Source of the DNA: an uncultured Thermococci archaeon
Lineage (GTDB): Archaea; Methanobacteriota_B; Thermococci; Thermococcales; Thermococcaceae
Assembly (NCBI GenBank): GCA_964615185.1
Contig: CAZTOS010000040.1
Span: 1-20,727, forward strand
Reading direction: 5' to 3'
Length of the DNA: 20,727 nucleotides
In this document: piece after piece, positions 8,633-16,582 of the stretch
How positions within the stretch are numbered: the stretch's first letter is position 1
Layout: each line of letters begins with the position of its first letter
Made by a program: the position numbers and the translations under genes
The notes under the pieces: generated by a model
Told to the model about the DNA's origin: nothing
Databases searched by the model: none
What the model saw: only the letters and a program-made list of their open reading frames with translations

Positions 8633-10084
8633 TCACCACCCCACCTTGATTATGAATGGATAAGCTATGAGGGGAGCTACTATTCCAAGTATCAGGAGCA
8701 AAATCATCGAAAGCTTCATCAAAGCCGTGATGCTGTATTTCTCATCGCTTTCAGGTACGCTGAATGCCATGCTGTGTATTCTGCTGAGTGAAACCATCAG
8801 GAAGACAGCGGCATCTATGAGAACCATTACGAGCAGAGCTAAAGCCAATGGATTCCCTAAGGCCCCTTTGATGTTTGTCAGTATTGCAAGCTTGCTGAAG
8901 AAGACACCAAATGGAGGAACACCAGCCAGGCCTATCAAAGCGAAAGTCCAGCTGTAAGCTGAAATTGGCAGTGATTTAATCAGGCCCCTGATTTTATCCA
9001 TCTCAAGGGTTCCAATGGCGTAGCTGAAAGTTCCTGCTGTGAGGAACGCTAAACCCTTAATGTATGCGTGATTGAAGAGCTGGAACATCGAAGCTTGTAA
9101 GCCAGTCTTTAGGCCTAAAACTGCAAATGCCAAACCAACATACATTAAGCCAGATTCAGCAATTGTTGAGTAAGCCAAAAGTCTCTTTGCATCCTTCTGG
9201 AGAGGATACATGAACACACAGAGCACCTGAGTTGCCAAAATTAGTGCTGCCATGACATAGAAAGCTTGAGCAGGCAAAGGTTGCATAAACTGGATTGCTC
9301 TTGCTAAGAGGTAAACACCCATTTCAACCATTGCCGCACCGTGAAGGAATGCTGAAGCTGGCGTAGGAGCGACCATAGCATCTGGAAGCCAGGAGTAAAG
9401 CGGGAACTGGGCACTCTTGGTGAAAGCAGCAATCATTATTGCAAGAAACAGTAGAAGTTTCAAGTTCTCTGGCAGATTGCCTAAAGCAAACAAGCTTAAG
9501 TTGTGGAGCTTTGTTATGCCGATTGCAACTGCTGTGTAAAGACCAATCATAGCACCAAAGTTCGTCACAATCAAAGCCTTGTAGGCTGAGCGCTCTGCTT
9601 TCTTACCACCATAGTAGCTGACAACACCCCAACATGCTAAGCTCATCAGCTCAAAGAATATCAAAAGCTGGAGTATTGATGATGAATAGATGAAAGCCAA
9701 GGTTGCGCCGATGAAAAGAACCATCCATCCATAAAATCTGCCTTTGCCCTCATAAACGGGGTGCTCCTTATTTTGGGGACTCATGTAGTCCTTGGCATAC
9801 AACATGAAAAGCAGACCAGCCGTTATAACAACGAACCCTACAGAAACGCTCATGGGGTCAATTATCAGACCATAAACCTCGCCAAAGGATTTTGTTTCAA
9901 AGAGAATCTCATGGATAGCTGGCATGCCCGCAGTGTAATAGCTCACAACACCCGCCAAATTTAAAATCGTCGCAATGATTACAGAGATGAGCATGAAGTA
10001 ATCAGCTCTCCTACCATCTAACCTAAACAATATCACACCTGCAATTAAAGGAATTAAAAAGGAAAGAACGAAAAGCTCTTTCAT
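8633..10084 (-). CDS. hyfD: Proton-translocating antiporter-like subunit (HyfD-like, NuoL/MrpA family)
   Basis: FFELMS, FTKSAQFPLYSWLPDAMVAPTPASAFLH, KRLLAYST, NHAYIKG, GVPPFGVFFSK. True start is ATG 10084 (MKELFV..) after SD GAGGTGG. The ORF-track extension to 10198 overlaps the upstream gene. Confidence 0.88.
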   Translation of the reverse strand: MKELFVLSFLIPLIAGVILFRLDGRRADYFMLISVIIATILNLAGVVSYYTAGMPAIHEILFETKSFGEVYGLIIDPMSVSVGFVVITAGLLFMLYAKDYMSPQNKEHPVYEGKGRFYGWMVLFIGATLAFIYSSSILQLLIFFELMSLACWGVVSYYGGKKAERSAYKALIVTNFGAMIGLYTAVAIGITKLHNLSLFALGNLPENLKLLLFLAIMIAAFTKSAQFPLYSWLPDAMVAPTPASAFLHGAAMVEMGVYLLARAIQFMQPLPAQAFYVMAALILATQVLCVFMYPLQKDAKRLLAYSTIAESGLMYVGLAFAVLGLKTGLQASMFQLFNHAYIKGLAFLTAGTFSYAIGTLEMDKIRGLIKSLPISAYSWTFALIGLAGVPPFGVFFSKLAILTNIKGALGNPLALALLVMVLIDAAVFLMVSLSRIHSMAFSVPESDEKYSITALMKLSMILLLILGIVAPLIAYPFIIKVGW

Positions 10085-10094
10085 TTCAACCACC

Positions 10095-10595
10095 TCAAAC
10101 TCCAAGAAGTGAAATCTTCTCGGCCTTCTTTGCAACCTCAATGGCTTTTTCAGCAAACTTCTCCCTTCTTCTCCTCTGTATCTCCGTGAAGTCTCCAAAG
10201 ATCAAGGCATCAGTTGGGCATGTGGCAACACAAGCGGGTTCTTTTCCTTCTTTTCTTCTGTGGGCACAGAGGTCACACTTAGCCATTATCTTGTTAATCA
10301 AGTCAAGCTCTGGAATTCCGAAGGGACAGACTATCCCACACATGAGACATCCGATACATCTCTGAGGAGCCAAGATGACAGCACCATCTTCATCTCTGTA
10401 AAGAGCGTTAGTTGGACAGACCTCAACACATGGAGCAGTTTCACAGTGCCTACAGTTCAAAGCCATAGCAGCCATCTCTTGCCATTCAAAGACGTTTATG
10501 AATGACATTCCGTTGTGCTCTCTCTCACATGCCACCTCACAAGCCCTGCACTCAATACATTTGGAAAAATCAATAAAGATGGTCTTCTTAGCCAT
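10095..10595 (-). CDS. fdhB: Formate dehydrogenase electron-transfer subunit, 4x[4Fe-4S] (HycB/HyfA/DmsB family)
   Basis: CIECRACEVAC, CRHCETAPCVEVCP, CIGCLMCGIVCP, KCDLC..PACVATCP (16 Cys). Directly downstream of the FDH alpha gene. Confidence 0.9.
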   Translation of the reverse strand: MAKKTIFIDFSKCIECRACEVACEREHNGMSFINVFEWQEMAAMALNCRHCETAPCVEVCPTNALYRDEDGAVILAPQRCIGCLMCGIVCPFGIPELDLINKIMAKCDLCAHRRKEGKEPACVATCPTDALIFGDFTEIQRRRREKFAEKAIEVAKKAEKISLLGV

Positions 10596-10600
10596 TTAAA

Positions 10601-12733
10601 TCACCCCTTAACAACCTCAATTCTTGGTATGATTTGTGGTAATTTCTCCATGAGCCTCTTTGCCTCTTCTTCGCTAATCTTTGCAACTCTACATGCACAT
10701 GCCTTAGTCTCTGGAATCTTCGCTACTGGGTCTAATGCATCGTTCGTGAGGACGTTAGCAGCCCAGTGCCATGGAACTGCAATAACGCCCTTCTTAACAG
10801 CCCTCGTGACCTTAGCCCTGATTGGATAGACACCTCTCCTTGTCTCAATCTTAATCCACTCTCCTCTCTTTATGCCAAGTTTGGCTGCATCATCTGGATG
10901 AATCTCTGCCAATGGCTCCTTCCATCTCTTGACCAAAGCCTCACTTCTTCCGGTCATTGTCAGTGTGTGATACATTCCAACGTATCTGTGCGTTGTTAAT
11001 ATGAATGGATACTCCTCATCTGGAAGCTCAACTGGTCCTCTGTAGTCAACTGCTGCTAAGTGGGCTTTTCCATCTGGAGTCAAGAATCTCTCCTTGTAGA
11101 GAACCCTTGTTCCTGGGTGATCTGGGCTTGGGCATGGCCAGAGAATTCCAGCCAAATTGGCCTTGAGCCTCTCTGGGGTAATTCCTCTGTATTGCGGTGT
11201 ACAGGCGTTGATCTCTCTCAAAACATCAGCTGCATCGTTGTATCTGAATCCTTTTGAGCCATCTCTGTCAAATCCAACTGCCTTACCAACCTCACTCAAA
11301 ATCCACCAGTCTGGCCTTGCTTCTCCAGGTGGCTTAACTGCTGGGAAGCTCCACTGCACTCTTCTCTCTGTGTTTGTGAGAGAACCTTCGTTCTCAAGCA
11401 TTGCAGCAGCTGGCAGAACGATGTCGGCAAACTCCATTGTTGGTGTTGGGACTATGTCCTGGACAACCATGAACTCAAGCTTTTGGAGGGCTTTGATCAC
11501 GTGGTTTGCGTTTGCATCACTGATAACTGGGTTCTCACCCATAACATAGTAGGCTTTGACCTTTCCTTCATCAATCGCATGTGCTGCTTCGATGACTGTA
11601 AGACCAACTTCTCCACTCAGCTCAACGCCCCAGAACTCCTCGAAGAACTTCCTCTTCTCTGGGTCGGTAACTGCCTGGTAACCTGGGAAGACGTTTGGCA
11701 AAGCAGCCATGTCACATGCTCCCTGAACATTGTTCTGTCCTCTCATTGGTGCGCAGCCACAGCCTTCTCTCCCCTGATATCCACAGATTGCTGAAAGTGT
11801 TCCCAAGAGCCTAACGTTATCGTGACCGTGAGTGTGCTGTGTTAGACCCATAGCCCAGGTTATGACGCCTTTTCCTGCTGTTGCAAATGTTCTTGCTGCA
11901 TCAACTATAAGGTCAGCTGGAACGCCGGTTATCCTCTCAACGTATTCTGGTGTGAACTTTTCAACAGCTTTAACGAGCTCGTCGAAACCAACACACCTCT
12001 CTCTTACGAACCTTGCATCATAGAGCTTCTCTTTGATTATGACGTGAATGAGACCGTTTATCAATGCAATATCAGTTCCTGGGTAGTTCTGAAGAAATAT
12101 GTCTGCAAACCAAGCTGTTCTTGTAAATCTTGGGTCGGCAACGATAACCTTTGCTCCTCTCTCCTTAGCCTTGAGGACGTATCTAAATCCAACTGGATGG
12201 GTTTCTGCATAGTTGTGCCCAATGATAAGGATAACATTTGCCTCTTCAATATCCTTGTAAGTGTTGGTCATTGCTCCAGCGCCAAAAACAGCTTTAAGTC
12301 CAGAAACGGTTGGAGCGTGACACAAACGAGCACAGTGGTCAACGTTGTTTGTGCCAAGCATTCTTGCAAGCTTTTGGATGAGGTAGTTTGGTTCGTTAAA
12401 TGTTCTTGCAGAACCGAAGAACATCAATTGATTTGGATCATCTTTTGCATATGCCTTCAATCTCTCAGCGACCTCTTTAATTGCTTTACTCCAGCTACTC
12501 TCAACGAATTTTCCTTGCTCCTTAGCCTTTAATGGCTTCTTGAGCCTGTCCTTTGCCAAGAGGTACTCAATTACTGCGTTACCCTTGGGACAGAGCTTAC
12601 CCTTTTCATTTGATATCCCCTCTAAGTCAGTTGCGTACTCTATACCCACTGGATAGCCGTCCACCGTCTTTATGTATAACCTACATCCAACTCCACAGTA
12701 AGGACACACTACAGGTATTAATTCCTCCGCCAA
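10601..12733 (-). CDS. fdhF: Formate dehydrogenase alpha subunit (Mo/W-bis-PGD, FdhF-like), Cys at the metal-ligand position
   Basis: CPYCGVGC..LCPKG [4Fe-4S] motif, NNVDHCARLCH active-site motif (TGT Cys, not Sec), RGQNNVQGACD. SD AGGAGGTG at 12740-12747 places the start at TTG 12733. The ORF-track GTG 12742 lies inside the SD. Confidence 0.96.
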   Translation of the reverse strand: MAEELIPVVCPYCGVGCRLYIKTVDGYPVGIEYATDLEGISNEKGKLCPKGNAVIEYLLAKDRLKKPLKAKEQGKFVESSWSKAIKEVAERLKAYAKDDPNQLMFFGSARTFNEPNYLIQKLARMLGTNNVDHCARLCHAPTVSGLKAVFGAGAMTNTYKDIEEANVILIIGHNYAETHPVGFRYVLKAKERGAKVIVADPRFTRTAWFADIFLQNYPGTDIALINGLIHVIIKEKLYDARFVRERCVGFDELVKAVEKFTPEYVERITGVPADLIVDAARTFATAGKGVITWAMGLTQHTHGHDNVRLLGTLSAICGYQGREGCGCAPMRGQNNVQGACDMAALPNVFPGYQAVTDPEKRKFFEEFWGVELSGEVGLTVIEAAHAIDEGKVKAYYVMGENPVISDANANHVIKALQKLEFMVVQDIVPTPTMEFADIVLPAAAMLENEGSLTNTERRVQWSFPAVKPPGEARPDWWILSEVGKAVGFDRDGSKGFRYNDAADVLREINACTPQYRGITPERLKANLAGILWPCPSPDHPGTRVLYKERFLTPDGKAHLAAVDYRGPVELPDEEYPFILTTHRYVGMYHTLTMTGRSEALVKRWKEPLAEIHPDDAAKLGIKRGEWIKIETRRGVYPIRAKVTRAVKKGVIAVPWHWAANVLTNDALDPVAKIPETKACACRVAKISEEEAKRLMEKLPQIIPRIEVVKG

Positions 12734-12830
12734 GCGGGACACCTCCTAAGTTAGTGTACAGATATGCTCTTTAATGTACTATTATATTTTAATGCCCACA
12801 TCTGCTTCAACATCGTGTTAAACGATTTGC

Positions 12831-12845
12831 TTTAAAACCCTTTTC
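12831..12845 (-). promoter_or_regulatory. BRE/TATA promoter of the fdh-mfh-foc(-mnh) operon
   Basis: Minus strand GAAAAGGGTTTTAAA (purine-rich BRE plus TTTTAAA). Predicts a TSS near 12806 and a leader of about 70 nt. Confidence 0.7.
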
Positions 12846-12855
12846 TTATAGCTTA

Positions 12856-12872
12856 GTTCTTAACAAAAGGTT
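12856..12872. promoter_or_regulatory. SurR binding site (long motif GTTn3AACn5GTT)
   Basis: GTT-CTT-AAC-AAAAG-GTT is an exact match to the Thermococcales SurR consensus, about 10 bp upstream of the BRE. Confidence 0.8.
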
Positions 12873-13018
12873 ATAATAGCTGAGATATAACGAAATAAAA
12901 TGCCGAGAATCCTTTTTTTAAATTATTTTGTATACATCATTGTACAAGATTTAAACAAAGATGCTTACAAATAGACTTGTTTAACATATTGCTTGATGTT
13001 AAAAATAGTAGAGGAATG

Positions 13019-13798
13019 TCAAGTTCTGTTTTCGAAGGCTATTCTATATTCACCACTGTATATATTAAACCTTTTCCCTCTTGCAAATCCAATTAACGTT
13101 ACATTGTATTTTCTTGCGAGCTCGACACCTTTGTCTGTTGGAGGGGACTTGGTTATAACAATAGGTATGCCGGCATTAACGGCCTTCTTAACCATAGCAT
13201 AGGGCATTCTGCCACTTGAAGCTAAAATCAACTCACTTAAGTTTAGCCCATTGAGAACCGCATACCCAACTACTTTATCAACGGCATTATGTCTGCCTAT
13301 ATCCTCACTAAACGCAACTGTCCTGCCTTCTTTATCGAAAAGGGCTGCCCAATGAGTCCCTCCAGTTTTTCTCCACGTTTCTGCAAGCTGAGTCATAGAA
13401 GAAGATATCTTCAAGATAAGCTCAGGAGGTACTTTTATGTCTCCAGCTTTTCCACCGAGGACTTCACACTCCCTAACCGTATATTGACCCCCACAAGGCG
13501 CGTGCCTTATAGTTACTTCACTCCTTAAGTTGCCAATGTTCGTGTCCCTGACTTTTACGTAAATTCTCTGTCCCTCAACCCAGCTGTTAATAATTTCCTC
13601 GGCTTTCTCATATCCCTCACAGACAACGAAACCAACTCCAAGTTCTCTGAGCTGACTTGGTGAAGCCGAAAGCTCAGCAAGAAACTCTTCAAAATTATCA
13701 CGGACTATATAAATCTCAAATCTCTCCTCAATACAGACATAATCATCAAGGGTTTTCACACCATTTTCCCATCTAAAAATCCTCACCTTCTTTATCAT
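13019..13798 (-). CDS. fdhD: Formate dehydrogenase accessory sulfurtransferase FdhD
   Basis: TGGTHWAAL, EDIGRHNAVDKVVG, SSGR and TLIGFARG FdhD motifs. ATG 13798 follows GGTGGT. The ORF-track start 13903 overlaps frhA2. Confidence 0.93.
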   Translation of the reverse strand: MIKKVRIFRWENGVKTLDDYVCIEERFEIYIVRDNFEEFLAELSASPSQLRELGVGFVVCEGYEKAEEIINSWVEGQRIYVKVRDTNIGNLRSEVTIRHAPCGGQYTVRECEVLGGKAGDIKVPPELILKISSSMTQLAETWRKTGGTHWAALFDKEGRTVAFSEDIGRHNAVDKVVGYAVLNGLNLSELILASSGRMPYAMVKKAVNAGIPIVITKSPPTDKGVELARKYNVTLIGFARGKRFNIYSGEYRIAFENRT

Positions 13799-13820
13799 TT
13801 GACCACCAGAGAGTGGTTTT

Positions 13821-15026
13821 TCAATTTTTCTGTATATACTCCACATGAGTGGTGCATGGTATACACGGGTCAAACAGCCTAACAGCGGCTTCAGCAGCTT
13901 CAACCGTTAATCCTTTAACAGCCCTTTCAATTACTGGAATATTGAACATTGTGGGAGTGACTATTTTCAACTTGCTGATTTTTCCTTCCCTATCAAGCTC
14001 TACATAATGGAATAGAGTTCCTCTCGGAGCCTCATAAACTCCAATGCCTCTACCAGGCCCAAAGATAATGTTTTGCCTCCTAAAGGGCTCCTTTATGTTA
14101 ATGCCATTGAGAAGTTCTTTCATTCTTTCAAAAGCAAGATCTATTTCCAGTATCCTTGCAGCATAGAGACCAAATAAAGATATCCCCTTAAAAGGTGTGA
14201 AGAGGGTGAGCCTTGCCCTGGGACCGACTTCAACTGGTTTCCCTTTGTAGAATGCAACCATAACTGTGGCTTCGTTTACAAGCTTTCTTGGTTCTTCCCT
14301 ATATTCCCAGTAAGGAACAGTTTGAATTTCTTTAAAGGAAACTTTATACTTGTCTCCAAAAAATAAGTCCGACGCTAAGAAATCATTTTTAGCCATTTTT
14401 GCTCTTAGCTCATCCGCAATTTCTGTGAGATTGTCCTCGTCTAAAAGGAGATACTTGATATTCTCCCACTCCTTTTTAACCCTTGGGAGTTTTGCTTTTA
14501 AATGATTCCAGACGCTCCATTTTGGTACCTTTGAAATGCCACCTATCGTTAAATAAGGTGGGTGAGTTACTCCTCCTCCCAATTTAAGGAGATAATCACT
14601 GACTTTATCATACAACCTAATTAAGCTGAAAATTAGCTCATTTCTCTTTTCCTCAACAATCATATCTGCGCTGACCATGATAAGAAGAAGGGTGTGTGTT
14701 TGAATCCTGTTCACCAAACCCAGTAACTCTCTCATCAATAGAGCATTTCTTGGAGGAGAAATGCCGACAGCACTCTCTATAGCCTCAGCTGCAGCATTTG
14801 CATGGGCAACATGGCAAACACCACAAATCCTCATAACAGCTTTAATTGTAAAGAGTGAATCTTTTCCAACGACTAATTTTTCAAAACCCCTTAAAGGGGC
14901 GGTTGATATAAAAAAGGCGTCTTGAACTATGCCATCCTCCTGCTGAAAAACAAGCTTAGCTTCACCCATTATTCTTGTAACACTTTCAAGGGGTATGTAG
15001 CTTGGTGTACTCTTAAATTCATTCAT
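13821..15026 (-). CDS. frhA: Second Frh-like [NiFe] hydrogenase large (alpha) subunit, paralogue of 16583-17764
   Basis: RGFEK, RICGVCH, THPPYLTIGG, YEAPRGTLFH and DPCIPCTTH are all intact. Colinear with FrhA1. Confidence 0.88.
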   Translation of the reverse strand: MNEFKSTPSYIPLESVTRIMGEAKLVFQQEDGIVQDAFFISTAPLRGFEKLVVGKDSLFTIKAVMRICGVCHVAHANAAAEAIESAVGISPPRNALLMRELLGLVNRIQTHTLLLIMVSADMIVEEKRNELIFSLIRLYDKVSDYLLKLGGGVTHPPYLTIGGISKVPKWSVWNHLKAKLPRVKKEWENIKYLLLDEDNLTEIADELRAKMAKNDFLASDLFFGDKYKVSFKEIQTVPYWEYREEPRKLVNEATVMVAFYKGKPVEVGPRARLTLFTPFKGISLFGLYAARILEIDLAFERMKELLNGINIKEPFRRQNIIFGPGRGIGVYEAPRGTLFHYVELDREGKISKLKIVTPTMFNIPVIERAVKGLTVEAAEAAVRLFDPCIPCTTHVEYIQKN

Positions 15027-15044
15027 GTCTTAAAATTTTGAAGC

Positions 15045-15064
15045 CAAAAATAAAAAACTTTCTA
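15045..15064 (-). promoter_or_regulatory. Putative internal BRE/TATA for a leaderless frhA2-fdhD transcript (may also act as U-tract terminator of frhAGB)
   Basis: Minus strand AGAAAGTTTTTTATTTTT with the TATA-like core about 25-30 nt before ATG 15026. frhA2 has no SD, unlike the other genes in the island. Confidence 0.5.
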
Positions 15065-15069
15065 AAAAG

Positions 15070-15903
15070 CTAAAGCAGATACATCATGTTTTGCTGTGCT
15101 CTTGCAAGTTTTTCCCTTGCCTTTTTCAAAATTTCTCCAATTACATGAGAACCTTCTTTCAGTTCTAAGTATCCTTCTTTCTCTGCATTTTTAATGAGTT
15201 CCTCAGCCTTAGGATTCCTCGCTATAAGGAGTGTCCATCCAGGTTCACTCTCCACAAAACCTGCTGAGATATCACTCCATGTTCCAGTGTAATCTGTACA
15301 TACCAAACAGCCAGCTTGGAGATAAGAGTAGACCTCCTTAATTGGTAAATCAAGCTTTGTGTCATTGTATACTATTTCAAGGGAATCTTTTTTAAGGTGG
15401 ATATCTTTTATCTGCTCTGCTTTTATCCCGTATTTCATTCTGAGGTAGTTTAGAAAAGCCTCAAAGGCAAATGTTCCCATACAGAACAGACTTATTATGT
15501 ACTTTATTCTTTCACCGAAATCAGTCTCTAATAGAGGAAAATCCCTCATTTGAGCAAAAAACTGTGCTTGACATGGCAGACATACCAAAGCAACTCTTTT
15601 TAAATCCTCCTCCTCAATCTTTGCTTTCATTCTCGCTGCGAATGGGACTATGCTCCACTTGTTTCCCGCTGCCTCTAATAGTTCCTCCTTATTATGGGCA
15701 ACAATTGCCTGCCCCTCAAATCCTTTTATTCTCTTTGCTGTAACAACGCCATCAACTATGCCTTTTTCAAGGGCATAAGTTAGTAAAGCTGTGACTGCCC
15801 CACCACTTGCAACTTTCCTCTTTCTTATCTCTTCGTCCTTAGCCCTTGCTAAATAAATTCCAAAGACAGTTCCCAAAAGGTTTTCTGATGGTAAACTAAT
15901 CAT
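15070..15903 (-). CDS. frhB: F420-reducing hydrogenase-like beta subunit (FrhB/FdhB FAD and [4Fe-4S] family)
   Basis: ASGGAVTALLTYALEKGIVDGV, CLPCQ, LFCMGTF, GCLVCTD..SDISAG, GWTLLIAR. ATGA overlap with the frhG stop. Confidence 0.92.
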   Translation of the reverse strand: MISLPSENLLGTVFGIYLARAKDEEIRKRKVASGGAVTALLTYALEKGIVDGVVTAKRIKGFEGQAIVAHNKEELLEAAGNKWSIVPFAARMKAKIEEEDLKRVALVCLPCQAQFFAQMRDFPLLETDFGERIKYIISLFCMGTFAFEAFLNYLRMKYGIKAEQIKDIHLKKDSLEIVYNDTKLDLPIKEVYSYLQAGCLVCTDYTGTWSDISAGFVESEPGWTLLIARNPKAEELIKNAEKEGYLELKEGSHVIGEILKKAREKLARAQQNMMYLL

Positions 15904-16577
15904 ACCTTACCCCCCATACAAAGCAGTTGAGATGCACGAGGACATCTCACATAGCACGTTCCACAGCGGATACATTTTTCAGCTATAAGGTTAGGCCTCT
16001 TATCTATCATCTTGATTGCCTGTGTCGGGCATGATAGCTCACATGCACCACAACCAATGCAGAGACCTGTTAAAACGATGTCATCAATTAAGTCGAAACC
16101 ACTGAGCTTCTTGATATCTGCACAAACTTTGAACAGTCTAAGTCTCCTTTCATCTCCAGCTATAAAGAACTTGAAGAATGATTGAACCATCTGAGGGGTT
16201 GGAGGACAACCTGGAATCGAATAATCAACCTTGACAACACTGTTTATAGGCTGGAAGTTTCTGTGGTCTGGTCTTGGCTCTTGTCCACCCCTACAGAATC
16301 TTAAAATCCCTCCAAATGTTGCGCATGAGCCAAAAGCAACGAGAGTGCTTGCCTTCTCTCTAAGGCTTTTTACCTTCTCAATTATATGAGGCTCATTCAT
16401 ACAAACTCCGCCAGTTATGATCACCATGTCATACTTGTCTTCAGCACAGGTTTTCTTTGCAAGGTATTTCATGTTTAATTCAACAAAGTCTTGAACATTT
16501 GGAAGTGCCCTTAAAATGCTTACATTACAGCCTTCACAACCTCCGATATCAACGTGAAGGACTTTTAATTTTTCCAT
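15900..16577 (-). CDS. frhG: F420-reducing hydrogenase-like gamma (small) subunit
   Basis: GCEGC, GSCATFGG and IPGCPP small-subunit motifs plus C-terminal CIGCGACELSCP / CIRCGTCYVRCP ferredoxin domain, the diagnostic FrhG architecture. ATG 16577 follows SD GAGGTGA (alternative GTG 16586). Confidence 0.9.
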   Translation of the reverse strand: MEKLKVLHVDIGGCEGCNVSILRALPNVQDFVELNMKYLAKKTCAEDKYDMVIITGGVCMNEPHIIEKVKSLREKASTLVAFGSCATFGGILRFCRGGQEPRPDHRNFQPINSVVKVDYSIPGCPPTPQMVQSFFKFFIAGDERRLRLFKVCADIKKLSGFDLIDDIVLTGLCIGCGACELSCPTQAIKMIDKRPNLIAEKCIRCGTCYVRCPRASQLLCMGGKV

Positions 16578-16582
16578 TTTAC

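Noticed and set aside
10085..10198. N-terminal extensions given by the ORF track for the HyfD-like gene (and similarly fdhD 13799-13903)
   Set aside because: They overlap upstream genes, are non-homologous in character, and downstream ATGs have well-spaced SD sites.
12315..12340. Possible selenocysteine in formate dehydrogenase
   Set aside because: The ligand codon is TGT (Cys) in DHCARLCH; there is no in-frame TGA.
13821..15026. frhA2 as a pseudogene or assembly duplication
   Set aside because: The ORF is full length with all metal-binding motifs, and it is too diverged from frhA1 to be an assembly artefact.
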